64,000 bases of DNA from positions 1 through 64,000 of the forward strand of contig RSEE01000096.1 in assembly GCA_003971905.1 (NCBI GenBank), given 5' to 3'. Origin of the DNA: Moniliella sp. 'wahieum'. Taxonomy: Eukaryota. The stretch's first letter is position 1. The number at the start of each line of letters is the position of its first letter. This document shows, in pieces, positions 49,859-62,904 of the stretch. Made by a program: the position numbers and the translations under genes. The notes under the pieces were generated by a model, which saw only the letters and a list, made by a program, of their open reading frames with translations, was not told the origin of the DNA and did not search any database.

Positions 49859-52800
49859 GTAACCTAATATTATATGCACACAATGTGCTTTTGTGGGATA
49901 CCACACACACATGTCTTCGTGTCGGCAAGTGGACTGGTTGGTTTGTTGAGTGGATTTGACGACCCCATTCCTTAGTACCTGCCTCGTTCTCTTTTCTATG
50001 CCTTGGGTCTAAGATGCGAGTAGAATATAATGGTTCAAAGCAAACTGTAGCCTTTGTGATCCAAAATGAACTTCTCCCACTTCCCATTTCATTGGGAGAG
50101 AGATGGCCGCTGGAAAGTGACGCCGCGCGGGGTCGGTGGGTCTTACGACACAACGGTGTTCTATATCTACAGAGTGACAAGCTCAATAAGGAAATGCCTT
50201 ATGCAGTAGTAAGTAATAGATTCACAGTAAGCGGTATATATACGTCGTATTCCTCCATAGGGTCATAGAGAAACAAGAGCAGCCAACAACTGACCCGTAT
50301 ATATATCTTTTGTTCAACGGCTGTGGTGCAGGGCGTATCCAGGGAGACAGGATGTGACGGCTAATGCGAGCGCCAAAAGGGACTGCGGAGGTACATCGGG
50401 AGGTGCACGGTGGCAGCCATGTGGCTTTTGCTGTCCCTCTCTCATATTTGATGGACACAATGGATTCGTTAGTAGAGGTTGTTGACATCCGCCCGAGAAA
50501 ACCGTGCGGACCCTCAGTTGTGTCAGTTAGTTTTTTCCTTCCTTCCAAGCCCGCACCAGTGTACTGGACAATTCAGTCGCACATGCTTCTTCGTCCCCAA
50601 TACGGAGTTCAGTGCTCACAATCACAGTGGTAGTATAGCGAACCCGACAGACTTACCTTATTCATATCTGCTCATCCCTGAGCTGGCCAAAACTACACCA
50701 ACAACCATGGGCGCTAAGGTTAATACTGATCTCCCTTGTCAACGACACTATGATCATGATGGTGAACAAGCGCGACCGCTGGACGCCAGCCTGCAACCCG
50801 CCACACCGCCTCCACCCCTCATTGATTCCGACGGTAAGGCTCACAAAAGGCGATCGTTATCGAAGCGCACGTGTGGTGTAAGAAGACGGGTTCGATCTTT
50901 AGTTTTAAAGGCCGACAGAAGCGATGGTAGAGGTGATGGCGGAGGTGAGGCCTCAGCCTGAGGTCTGACGCTCAGGTGTAATGTCTAAGGAGACATGGCT
51001 ATAGGAAAAGGAAACGATGGAGACGAATGGCAGCAAGGGAATATTTATAGCTAAGAGCTCGATCATGCATCAAAAGCTTCAAGATTGCATCATACACGGC
51101 CGGTAACCGGAGTGTCCATAGAAAAGGCGCAACTGAAACAACCGCCGATCCTCGGTTTCGATCAAATGATCGGAATGGCGATGCTAGCGCGTAGGCCGTA
51201 GGCCCTAAGCGGTAAGACTTAGCGCCACCTTACAGCTTAGTTGCTAATGCGCTGCCGATTCACAACGTTGACATGGACATGTCCACATGTCATGCATCAT
51301 GCATCGTGTAACATGCGACAGTAGTCTTTCCCTGCCTTGCTACAGTAGGCAGTGGAAGGAGGAGCCTTATTGCATGAGACTGAAGACTGAAAAAGCTTCA
51401 CAGGGCCGTCGGGGTCCTGCAAGCTGCATTGGGCACTAAGGCTTAGTCCTAAGGTGGGGCCACTGCGTCGAGGAATCCTTATCGTATCCAGCTCATGCAT
51501 CATGCATGTGTTCTCAATTTCACTCTTCATATTCCTAGTCGCCTTTACAACGCGATGCATGGTAAGGAGGACACGAAACGCCTGTGCGCAAAACCGATTC
51601 CAGAGGACGTAACAGACGTAACCGCAGTGGGTTCTTGAGCACGTGAGCTCGAACCAGGTCGCGGCGGCCTATAAGCGCTTCGGTCTCTCAGGAGCACTTT
51701 CAGCAATCTCAGAACGTACCAACATCTCAGCCTTTTGAGCGTACTTTCTCAATCTCAATATTCTACTGTGCGTTCAACAACACACAGATGTGTACGTTCA
51801 ACTAACGTTTATCGCCACGTTCTCACAACAGAACAAAAATCCAACTCGCACTTGAATATACTAGTACTACTTAATGCCAGCCAGTACATGTCGTGTCGAC
51901 GGGGGGCGGTTGTACGTTGAACGTACGTGTTGAACGATGAACGTTGTCGACAAAATTAATGAGATCGTTGAGAGAGGCAAGGGCAAAACATGTAACGCGC
52001 AACGCCTCATCAATGTCAGAAAGCGTACTAGTTTTACGCTCACAATACCGGCCATACCCCAAATTTGGCTTCTGTAAAAGGGTCACTGTCGTCATGCTTC
52101 ATGACGGTCCACGCCGGCCAAGCTTCGAGCTTCAAGCTACTATTCAGGCTATAGTCATTGTAGTTAACCAAGCTTCAAGCGTCGCGTGCCAAAGGCTAGC
52201 GTCAATATAAGTGTGTCCTACAGCGGAGGGTTGAACGGTGGTCAGAGAAAAGTCGGACTCTCAGATCTCAGCCGAGATAAGGAGCATGTGTTGCATGCTG
52301 TGCATGTCAATGCATGATGCATGGTCATTCGATCATGAACAAGCAGCTAAAAACACACATTTCTTGGTCCTCTCTGGCATCTCTAGTCTGTCTAGTCCGT
52401 ATAGCATTCGCAGAAGTTGGGCAGCGAAAGAAAAATGCTGTTGAACATGCTTTTGCGCCTCAAGCATCATTTAATCATTAGTCGTTGTTGTTGTGCAACA
52501 TAAGTACCAAGTAGCCACGCGCGATCGATGGAGGGAAGGATTGCAGCCTACCGGCTAAAAAGGTCTAAAAGGTCTTATATTTAGCACCCTAAGGCCCTAG
52601 AGCCTATAAGCTCTAATCGAAAATTGCTTATCGAATAAAGTACCCCCTCGACTCTCTGCTCAGTTTTCCCCGCGCACTTGAAGCTTGACGCGGGAGGTGT
52701 GACGCGTGACGCGCGACGTGGCGCTGTGTGGGGAGAGTATACCGGTACTGTATATGTACGAGGAGCGGCAGTGTGCGGTCTGGTGCGACTGGGGACCGGT

Positions 52801-53048
52801 CTCTAAGTACTGGTAGGATAGTTGCATGAGTTGCTGTTTAAAGCTTAAAGCTTGAAGAGTCCCCAGTTGTGCGTTACATGTGTTACATGTTTTTATTCCA
52901 GAGCCACATCGGATGTCGGAGGTTGTTTGGCCGGCGTTGTTACATGTTATATGCTTCCGCGCGGCACACGGCTGCTTAGGCCTTAGGCCTTAGGTCTTAG
53001 GCCGCTAGCACCACAGACAAGACAAGCGGGCAGCTCAAGCGCTCAAGC

Positions 53049-53100
53049 TCAAGCTTCAAGCTTCAAGCTTCAAGCTTCAAGCTTCAAGCTTCAAGCTTCA
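53049..53100 (+). repeat. (TCAAGCT)7 heptamer array
   Basis: Seven perfect units; the longest member of the TSA + 4-bp-palindrome array family. Confidence 0.97.
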
Positions 53101-53991
53101 AGAAGGCCTGAGGCCTGACCGGCCTGACCGGCGACTGGCCTGACCTATGGGGCTAGCTGAACGCTGGGCTCAGCTGAGCGCTCAAGGCTCAAGATCAGTT
53201 GCGCTACGCTTAGTCTCCTGAGGATGATCAATGACGTTAATGACGTTAATGCATTAATGATGGGAACAAGAAGCCGCAGGCGTTGTGCGTTGTGTGGCAG
53301 TGTTCAACTTGAACACGAAAACACGTTCACGTACAGCGAACGTTGAACGGTGAACGCCGGTGAGGGCCAAAGGTGGTCTGATTTGCGAGGGGAAGAAGCA
53401 AAAACCCCGCACTTGTCTGCACTTTGTACTTGTACTTACTAGCTGCTCTCGCTTCACTGGCAGTGGCAGGCAGTGGTGGGTGGCCAGCCACTAGTCAGGA
53501 TCAGCATCAGTGGCCTTCTCCGATGGAGGGAACGCTGATGACCGTCACGCGTCACCGCTCGTCACAATCATTATATTACCCGAGGCAGAGTGCTCTTGTG
53601 CTTGCTGCTCTGTGTGGGACTGCGATGTCGCCGGCGCAGCGGCGGGGGCAGAGGGCGGCACACCGCCACGCCATGCGGACCAGGGTTCTGGGATCGGCAT
53701 GGCAGTACAGCACTAGAGCACTCCTCTTCAGTCCACCGTCTGAGTCGGGGTCTCAGAGGACAGTACGTGGTCATCCGTCTCATCCATCCGCCCCTGCCAC
53801 CCCGCCCCTCCGCGCCCCTGCCCGCCACCTCAGCCGGATCCGCATCCGCTCGTCGGCAGCAACACAGTATCCAGTCCTCAGCAGCGCCAGCAGCAGGTGG
53901 TACTGCCGCAGGGCTTCGTTTATCTATGTCGCTGTCCCTTCATCTGCTGCTCTCCCCGTTGCCCAACCTCCTGCCCCTCCCCCCCCCCAGC

Positions 53992-55275
53992 ATGTCCACC
54001 ACCGTCGCCGGCCCCAATGGCCACGCCACGCCAACCGAGCCGTGGAACAGACAGCTGCCCACCCGGCCATCCATGTCCAGCTCCCGCCCTGCCCGCTCCC
54101 GCTTCGGCCGCCTCCTGGCCAAGGCCAAGAGCGCACCTCCCTCCACTTCCTTCCACCTGGCCAGCGCCCAACCACCCCTGGCTCCCGACGACTCCACCGC
54201 CCCTCCCCCTCCCCCTCTGCCCGCACCTGCACCGGCACCTGCACCTACACCAGCACCAGCACCAGCACCCGCACCCTTTCAGTCGCTCTCGCCCTCGCCC
54301 TCGCCCTCGCCCTCGCTCTCGCTCTCATCGCCTTCGCCCCCGCATCCCGCATCCCCACCTCGCCCCAGCCTCGCCGCCCACGAGCCCCCGGCTGCCCCCC
54401 GCCCTGCCCCCGATGAACAAGATCCCCCATCCCACCCACGCGCAGTGGCCCGCACCGTGTCCATCCCCACACCAGCTCCAGGCCTAGCGACCATTCCGAT
54501 GGCGAGCCCAGTGGACGCCTGGCGGGAACGCACTAAGCCGTCGCCTTCTCAAGCGCAGCACAGCATCCATCGTGCCTGCCTCAGTCCATTCTGACAGCCC
54601 CCCTCCCCCGCCCTACCACACTGGAGCACCAGCCCAGCTTCGTCCCCCTTTTCTCTGCCCAGCCAACCCAAGGGTCACCCTTCGCCCCGTTCCCGGCATG
54701 GAACTTGCCCCCTTCACCTCGTGTGGCAGCACTCGAGATCCCACCTCCCATGCCACCTCCTACTTCTCCCTTGGCACAGGCTCATGCACTGCCTGCCTCG
54801 CCCACCTCGAGCGCCGCGCCCGCCCACGCACTCCATACTTCTGGGTCGCAACATTCACTCCCTTCTGCGTTGCTCGTTCCTGCCGTGGAGAATGTAGGTG
54901 CAGGTTCGATCCCCGGTACGCCACGGCGGGTGAAAAGTGCCGCGCTGTTACGGTCCGACCCAGACCGTAGCCGGGCAAGCCGTACCACCCTCCCTCAGCC
55001 CATTTGCCTCTCCTGCCGAACGCACCCCGTCAGACTCCCTGCCCGCGTGGAAGAAACGTACTCGGTCGCGTTCCACTGCTGGCGCCGCGGTCAGCGTGGT
55101 ACGAGAAGATGAATTTAATTTTGCCGCCGGTCGAGCGCCTAGGATAACAAGAAGGCACCGAACCACACTGGTACCGCCACCGCCACCTCTACCGCCCGTG
55201 CCGTCACCTGTTCCCTCCCTGTTCACCGGGCGTACCCTCCCCCTCCCTCGGTATCGGGCGAGACACAGGAGGTGA
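53992..55275 (+). CDS. Hypothetical proline-rich protein
   Basis: ATG in CAGCATGTCC context. MSTTVAGPNGHATPTEPWNRQLP.. continues through overlapping ORFs to ..WKKRTRSRSTAG..VREDEFNF..PPPPPLPPVPSP. No recognisable domain. Confidence 0.55.
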
Positions 55276-55599
55276 TGGAGGAGGACATGCCATCGCCGCA
55301 AACAGGTTGAGAAGCACGGCGAGCAGGGCACCAGTGGAGGGCACCACTGGTGTGCGCTGGATCGTGTCGGTCCCTTTTTGATGAACCTTTTTTTTTCCCA
55401 AACCATCTTTTGTATCGTGTCCCGCTCTCTGTTCTCTCTCACCCACCAAACGACTTTGCTGCCTCTCTGCACGGTGAAAATGCCGCACGACTGGAAATGA
55501 CTCGATGACCTGATTAATGATATCAATGAATGATGATCGACAATGAAGCTTGAAGGGCCGAACGTGGAAGAAGGATCTAGTCTGGAAGAAGGAATATGT

Positions 55600-58500
55600 C
55601 AGCTGGGAAGATCGTATGTAACGTGGGGGAGGGGACACAAACAAAGGATACGAGAGAGGTATTGCATGGAACCGTTCGTTGCAATCCTCTGTGGGCCAAG
55701 TCTTTGCTCAGCGCCTTGGCCCTCAGTTGGGGGACTTCCAGCTGATCCTCAAGTCCATATGTGCGCGTGAGATGCCGCCGGGATGAAGTACTCTCTCGTT
55801 GCGTTCCTCCCCATGAATGGGCCCTTCTCGTAGTTGTGCATCAGTACTTTATGGCCGTCTTGCTCTATCATACACTTCTTGGTGCAGACGTGCTGAATAC
55901 TGTGCCCATACCTTGACACAGTCCCTTGAGCTGGGAACCGATGTGCACTTGCTCCTCAAACAGCATCAACAATTGCATTAACCATCTCATTGGTTCCATC
56001 CGACAGTCATGCTGTGTTTCGTTTGAACACCGTTGGTACTTGCTGAGGTCCGTCTGTTGATCATCTCTCAAAGTGCATGTCATGCTGCGCTGGACCAACT
56101 GGGGCAGTCGTTCTTAGTATGTTCGCCTCAAAGACCCACGATCGTTCAACTGCTGTCATTGTGCGCTTCAACATCCACGACAGGTGTTCAGATGCTTCGG
56201 TGGTGCATGTTCCCAACAGACTAGAGTGGACGGAGAGATAGGCTGAATGATAACATACATTAGTATGTTCCTATTATAAATGCTTGATGTGGAGGATGGG
56301 GAGCACATGCTTGGGAATGGAGAGCGCAGGCTTGGGGATGACGAGCGCAAGGTTGATGGTGGTGATGGGCACAAGCACATGGAAAGTATAGGCTTGGAAA
56401 TGGCGGGCGCATGCTTGGACATGGCCGGCACAAGCTTGGAGACGCCTCAGGACACAAGGTCGAACCAACAATTGCCACCGGCCGAGCGCAAACGTGGGAC
56501 GCGACAGTGAGACAGAGCACCACGTCGTACTTGCATAAGAGCAACTCGAGCTTGAGCATGACCGTGACGAGCGTTGAGATGGGGGTAATGATAAGGGAGA
56601 GCGACGTGGTAAGGGCCAAGCGGCTGGTGGAAGAGCGGGTCAGAATGAGGAAAGGTGGGATGGGATGGAATGGAATGGGATGGGATAGCTTGTGACATGC
56701 TTACCGATGCGCGCGACCAGGCTGCACATGGCCAAGACGACGTTCGTCGAGATGAGGAACCCAAGCTCGACGACAGCAGAGGCGGCCAAGGAGGTGCACA
56801 TGGGCCGTCAGAGCGTCGGAATGGGACGGCGTGGCAAGCTGTACGGCCTGCTTGGACGTGGGCGAGGCAGGGGGGGAGATGGCCGAGACGAGCGTCCAGA
56901 TGACCAACTCAAGAGCGACGGTGCTGGCAGCAGGCGAGGCGGCGCTTAGTTAGTCAATGTATTGCCGAGCTCTCTGGTGCTTCCCACTGAGAGAGTTTCT
57001 TGTGCTGAGGGTTAGTTAGTTAATGTACTGCCGAGCAGGCGTCCCGTCTGGTGCCTCCTCCAGAGAGCTGTTAGTCAATGTACAGCCGAGGCTGCATGCC
57101 CTCTGGTGCCTGCCTCTAGCTGAGACAGCTTCACCCTGGATCACTGCCTCAGTGCCGCTAGTGTTGCGGCACAAGTCAGACATAGCTTTCCTATTATAGG
57201 CCCTGGCGTGGCCCAGATTGGCCTGTGCGCACAGATTGCTTGCGCTGCAGGCGCACGTCCCCTTAATCACCTGCTCCTTTGTGGTTGCATACTGTCTCCT
57301 CACCACCCCCCTTCTCATTGCGCCCGTAGCAACCAGTATCCCATCCCTACAGCCAGCACATGGCAGAGTGCTCTGGGCCACGGTACAAAAACTGCACCAT
57401 CTTCTTCCCCTGGTCACCAACATCACCATTGTTGCAGCCTGCACCGCCTGCTGCCCGCTTTTCTCATCCCTCCCCCATCACTCGGTCCTGCTAGCCTAGT
57501 CGGCATTGCAGCTGTACGTCTCCATTCCCTCACCCGTCACACTCCGTTCTCCTCGCCTCGTCTGCATCGCTGTTGGACCCCCCCCCCCCTTTTGCCCCAT
57601 CACCCCGTCCCCCTTTCACTGTCCATGCATCGCTTCTGCCGTACGTGCTCCTTCCCTCTTGCACAACAGCGCGCCGTTGCTGACCTGGCCCTGCCGCCTG
57701 CATACACAGACTTCCCCTCGCCGGCCATTAGTGCATTAGCCCCACCCAGCCAATCGGTTAGAGAGTCTACAAGCACATCCAACAGCTACTGTGGCGAGAG
57801 GTTTCCAACAAGATGGGGTGGGCAGTGGTTGGGCCAAAAGCCAGGAAGGGTAACTGGGATCAAACTTATCAGGAGATGAAGATGGGAGCAAAGATGAGGA
57901 TCGTATTCATCGAGTCGACAGGGGACGAAGAGGGATATATGCCTCGGAGAAGAAGATACCATGCGAGCTGGATCACGGGGACAGAAAGGGGAGCATAGAC
58001 AAAGGGGGGAAACAGGGTCTATAGAACAAATCAGGGACCACAGTCAACCTGGCGACTATGGGTAACCAGGTGGGTCTGATCCCGCCAGGGTAAGGGCTGC
58101 CCCTTTCACCCAGTGCATTCCATCAACATTGGCCTCACCTCGATCTCTCCTCAGTCGTGACAATGACACCCTCAGTCCCATCTTGATTTGCATGCACAGT
58201 ACACTCTGGTCGGCGCAGAGCGTAGAGCGAGGTGTCTATCTGGTGTGCAAACGTATCAGTAATGGCACCATGCATCGTTGGCAACAGGTTTGCGCACACT
58301 TTTCTTATGGATGGGCGGGTGAGTGCGAGTAGGATACGAATCAATAGGCGCAACGGGTGTCTTATATCCCAGCAGCTTGATGCAGCGCGTACAGGTACTG
58401 CCTGTGTCCTGCAGTTGACGTGCAGGACACGGTGTAGCCATCAGATACAGGCACAGTACTGCGGTAGTACACCTGTTGGCATACGAGTTGCGCGACAGCT

Positions 58501-58650
58501 GGCGGGTAGGGTGCACAGTGTGCGAAGGCGGGGGTCCATCGGGAGGTGTGTGTGAGGGAGCCCACCACGCGAGGGGGGGGGGGGATGGGGTAGGTGCATC
58601 GCATGCGCGTGGCGGGACGCGGTGGCTCATTGGTGTGGGGGTGCCATCAC
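55600..58650. mobile_element. Decayed repeat or transposon-like relic
   Basis: No coherent ORF. Visibly rich in TG/CA where flanking DNA is CG-rich. Contains degenerate ~21-24-bp repeats (56280-56445), three ~60-bp repeats (56948-57130) and stop-riddled protein-like frames. Confidence 0.4.
56948..57130 (+). repeat. Three degenerate ~60-bp direct repeats
   Basis: GTTAGT(C/T)AATGTA..GCCGAG...TCTGGTGC...GAGA.AG at about 56949, 57016 and 57070. Confidence 0.85.
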
Positions 58651-58694
58651 AGATCAGATGGGGGTGCAGTGCGGTGCAGCAGAAGAATGAGGAA

Positions 58695-59228
58695 TTAGGT
58701 GCTTGGCAGGGGGGGGATGGACTTGCCCATGCGTACCAGCGGCACTGCATCGAACAAGCGCTCGATCTCCGTGTAGCCGCAGGAGCGATACAGCGGTTCC
58801 CCCGCCAAGGTGCCGGCCAGTTCGAGGCGAGTAAAGCCCTCTTTGCGCGCGGCCTCTTCGCACAGACCGAGGATCTGACGCCCGACACCGCGACGGACAA
58901 AGGCCGGGTGGGTGTACATGGCACGCACGCGGGCTGCGTCCTTGGTGGGGTCGAGCAGCGCCGGTTCGCGACCGGGCGTGTGGTCACCACCGTACATGGT
59001 GTTGCGCCGGCTCCAGCCGCCGCAGCCAGCGACCTCGCCCGAGGGCGTCAGCAGGATAAAGTACGTCTGGTCGTGCAGCAGCTGCGTGTCCAGCCCCATC
59101 ACTTGCCGGCTCGCAGCGACCTGGTCTGGCGTGAGAAAGCCGTGCTGCAGCTGGCCGATTGACAGGTCCATCACCTGCCGCAGCGCAGGCAGGTCGTCCA
59201 GCGTAGCGAGGCGCGCGACGAACGCCAT
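58695..59228 (-). CDS. GNAT family N-acetyltransferase, intronless, bacterial-like
   Basis: Intact 177-aa ORF: MAFVARLATLDDLPAL..MGLDTQLLHDQTYF..AGCGGWSRRNTMYGGDH..LLDPTKDAARVRAMYTHPAFVRRGVGRQIL (motif A)..LAGEPLYRSCGY..VPLVRMGK. Confidence 0.93.
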   Translation of the reverse strand: MAFVARLATLDDLPALRQVMDLSIGQLQHGFLTPDQVAASRQVMGLDTQLLHDQTYFILLTPSGEVAGCGGWSRRNTMYGGDHTPGREPALLDPTKDAARVRAMYTHPAFVRRGVGRQILGLCEEAARKEGFTRLELAGTLAGEPLYRSCGYTEIERLFDAVPLVRMGKSIPPLPST

Positions 59229-59966
59229 GGCGGTGGAGGTGGGCCGAGCGGAGATAGCTGATGCGTGTCGATACCGTGTCGCGCAGGCACGGTTCGGTCG
59301 GGGACTCTTCTGACAGGAAAAGGGAGCTGTGATAAGGCCATAAGGGGGGGCTGGGTGCACGTGATTGCCAGGGTGATGTGCTGGGCCAAGGAGAGAGGCG
59401 ATGGATCCCCAACGGGGACGTGTGGGAGGGGATGTGCGCATGTGATGAGGGGGTGATGCCGCAGCGCTTGCGTGGGGGAGGGGTAATGGGTGATGCGGGT
59501 GCGCAATGGGTGACAGGCGCATGGTTGCATGCTGGCCCTGCAGGGGGGCGGCAGCCGGGGGGTGCGGGCACGGGGCGAGTGGAGACGTGGCGCGGGCGGC
59601 GGGGGGGGGGGCGTGCGGCGGGCGGGCTGAGCACTGGCGCCGTGCCCGTCGCCGCCGCGCCAGCACAGGTGCGGCAGGCAGCGGCCACACGGGCGCCGTG
59701 CCAGCGGCGCGGCGGGTGCACGGCGGCGGTGTGGGCCGGGCCGGGGGCACACACGGGCGTGCTGCGCGGGGGGGCTGGGGCGCTGGGGCGGCGGCGGGCG
59801 CTGCGTCGCTGCTTCGCTGCTTCGCCCCTCCATCCCACCGGCCTGCTTTGGGACACGCCGGCGTGTCCAGTGCGCTCCTCGTCCTTCTCTCGGCCGTCTG
59901 TGTCGTCTCTGCCGCCACCACCGCCACCGCCACCTCCACCTCCACCCCTCCTCTGCGCTGGCCGCC

Positions 59967-62177
59967 ATGAGCAGCCCCCCCGCCCCTCGGCTCGGCCCCC
60001 ATCGGCCGCACCGCCTCCCCGCGCCCCCCAGCGCCTCCCAGCCCGCGCCCCGCCAGCCCCGCCGCCCCGCGCACCGGCCTCCCCTCCCGCCCCGCCCCGC
60101 ACCAGCCCGACCTCGCCCGCCGCTCCTACGGCGCCGCCAGCCCCAGCCCCAACCCCAACTCCAGCTCCGCCCACTCCCAACCCCGCCGCCACCGCCCCCG
60201 CCGCCACCTCCACTGCGGCCCCTGCCGCCCAGGCCGCCTCCAACTGGCGCTCCTCCTCCATCATGGGCTCTGCTGCGCCCATGGCCAACCAGCGCATCGC
60301 CCGCGCGGCCACACCTCCCTCCTCGCCTCGCCCCTCACTGGGGTTTGGCGGGGGCCTCGGCGGCGCCACCTCCCACTCCTCCTCTCCCGGGCTTTGGTGC
60401 CTCGCCCCAGCCCCAGCGGCCCGGCACGGTGGGCGGCATGCCGGCCGGCGCGCACCTTAGCTTGTCGGCGCATGGCACGCCGGCCGACCAGAGCGGAACG
60501 ATGGACCGTTGGTTTGAAGATCTGCAGAACTACGAGCATACGCTCGAGGAGATGGCCGCTGCCTCGCTCGATGCCAACTTTAAGGAAGAACTGGGTGCGA
60601 TTGAGCAGTGGTTCCGTGTCTTGTCGGAGGCGGAGCGTACCGCGGCGCTGTATAGCTTGCTCCAAGAGTCGACCCAAGTCCAGATTCGTTTCTTTATCAC
60701 GGTGCTGCAGCAGATGGCGCGCACGGACCCGGTCCATGCCCTCCTCTCGCCCGTCACGGGCTCGCACAATGGCGTCAACTCCATGATGGCTGAACAACTC
60801 GAAGCCAAGATGTCCTCCCTCGGCTTGGCCCCGCCCACGTCCCAGCCGCCCCAGGGGGGCAAGTCTTACCGTTCCCCTGCGCTCGACGGCAGTGCCGCTC
60901 TGAGCAGGCCGCACGACTCAAAGCCAACGTACCTCGGCCCCGGAACACCTTGCCCACTTCACCTTCCCGGTGGCAACACCACAGGCACGCGTTTGCGCTA
61001 GCCGCTGGACGAGTATCGGAAGGCATTGCGTCGCGGCCCGAGCGCGGCCTACGACGCTCGGTGCGCCGGCTGGCAGCCAGTCCCGCTCTCTATTCCGGGC
61101 AGCGGTCCGACCAGCCCGCCGCCCGACGAAGGTGTCGTTGCCGCGTCGGGTCGCACCCGGCTTCGCGGTCGCGTCCGCGCGCCCGGCCTCGGGCGAGGCG
61201 CCCCTCGCGCCTGCTACACACGACTACCCCTCCGACCCGGCTGCGGACTGGGAGACGATGCGGCGGTGCTGCAGCAGGCCAGTTGGCCGCGCAGCTCCAA
61301 GCGCAGGGAGGACTGTACGACCCTGCGCAAGCTGCGGACCTACTGCGATGCGGGTGCAGCAGCCTTGTTGGCCAGTCCCTTGGCTGCCCTTGGCTCGCCC
61401 AACCCGGCTGTCGGTGGCCTTTCGACCGCCGCATTGCGGGCCTGCAGTCCCCTCGGGAGGGCTGGGAAACCCAGCCAACTTGCAGGCGATGAATGCGCTG
61501 GCCGGGCTTGGCGCCGGCTTGTCCCCGCCGCAACTGATTGCGTTGCAGAGAACCTCCTGGCACAAATCGCCGTGACCAACGGGCAGTTTGCCGGGTGCGC
61601 CGCCGCAGGGTTTGTCGCCCACTTGGGCGTGGGTGCGCTTGCCCAGCACGGGAGCCTACTCGGCCGCTGGGTCGCGCCAGGCTTCACGCCAATTCCACGG
61701 TGCCGGCTTGAACGTGGCAGCGGCGAATGCGGGTGTAGGTGGCGAGGGGGGGTAGGTGGAGGAGTCGGGCGTGGAGGTGTGAAATCGCCACGGCAAGTGC
61801 GTCGGTCGCCTGGACCTGTGCGACGTGCTCACTAGCCTGCCCCGCGTCCGCATACGCCACACACGAGGACGAAGTGCTGACCTGAGCGTGCTGGAAGATA
61901 CAGCGGCGTGGTTACGCCAGTTACGCCTGCACAAGTATACGAGTAACTTTGCTTCGAGCGAGTGGCCGCGATATGGTCGTTATGGACGATGCGGCGTTAC
62001 AGGCCATGGGCGTTGCTGCGCTCGGCGCGACGCAAGATGCTCAAAACGTTTGATGCGGTGCGCAAACGGTACGGTATCCCCGACCCGCCGTCGATCAAGG
62101 CTGAAAAGGCCGTGCGAAGGAAAAGGAAGCTGCGGGCGTGCCTCCCGTCCCGCGTTGCCTACCCGCAACCAGAGTGA
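59967..62177 (+). CDS. VTS1: Vts1/Smaug-family SAM-domain RNA-binding protein
   Basis: DRWFEDLQNYEHTLEEMAAASLDANFKEELGAIEQWFRVLSEAERTAALYSLLQESTQVQIRFFITVL, and a C-terminal SAM domain LEDTAAWLRQLRLHKYT..GVAALGARRKMLKTF. Frameshifts lie in between. Confidence 0.93.
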
Positions 62178-62904
62178 GCAGATCCACGCCCGTCGGCGCT
62201 CTTGCCCAGTGGGTTTGGGTTTGCGTTTGCCTTTGTCTGCCCCGGTAGGCGGTTGAGTCGGGTCCAGTGAAAGTGCAAGCGCTGGTGGGGCTAGGGACTG
62301 GGGACTGTGGTGGATTGGTGCATGGCGCATGGCGCATGGCGCAGATGCGCAGCTGCCGGGTCGCTAGTCTCTAGTCTCTAGTCACTCTACTCTCTCGTCA
62401 CTATGCTACGTTTTGTCCCTGTTATTGGTGGTGGTGGTGGTGGTGGGGATGGAGTGGCGGGAGATGGAGCATAGATCGATAGGGATAAGCCTTGGTAGGC
62501 ACCAGGATAGCTGCTTGTGCAGTGGAATCGTAAATGTCCCTGTCGAATGTGCTGCGAATGGCGAATGGCGGCGACGCCCCGTTGGGGCACGGATGCGCCG
62601 ATCGGCGCAGGGTACCGGTCACGTGGGTGTGCTGGGCGTGACGCGTGACGTGCGACGCGTGACATGGATATCACATGTCAGGTGCACCACACCTTCCACG
62701 TCAGCACGAGAAGGGTGCGATGGGGGTGCTCGCCTGCTCCCCGCTCCTCGTCCTGTCTTTTGCCGAGGCCGTTCCCCACCACCGTCACGGCTACCGTCAC
62801 GGCTACCGTCACGACTACCGTCACGACCGCCCTGCCGCCCCCCGTCTCCGTCTCCGTCTCCGTTCCCGCCGTCGTCTCCGTTGGCCCCCCCGTGTGTAAG
62901 CGCC

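Noticed and set aside
50000..51050. Gene on either strand downstream of FET3 (TATAAAT on minus at about 51045, ATG at about 50996, 160-aa plus ORF)
   Set aside because: Frames close quickly and no homology is recognisable; it cannot be supported, though a degraded or mis-assembled gene is not excluded.
54900..54922. tRNA-like GGTTCGATCCCC T-loop
   Set aside because: The T-stem does not pair, no cloverleaf forms upstream, and it lies within a probable coding region.
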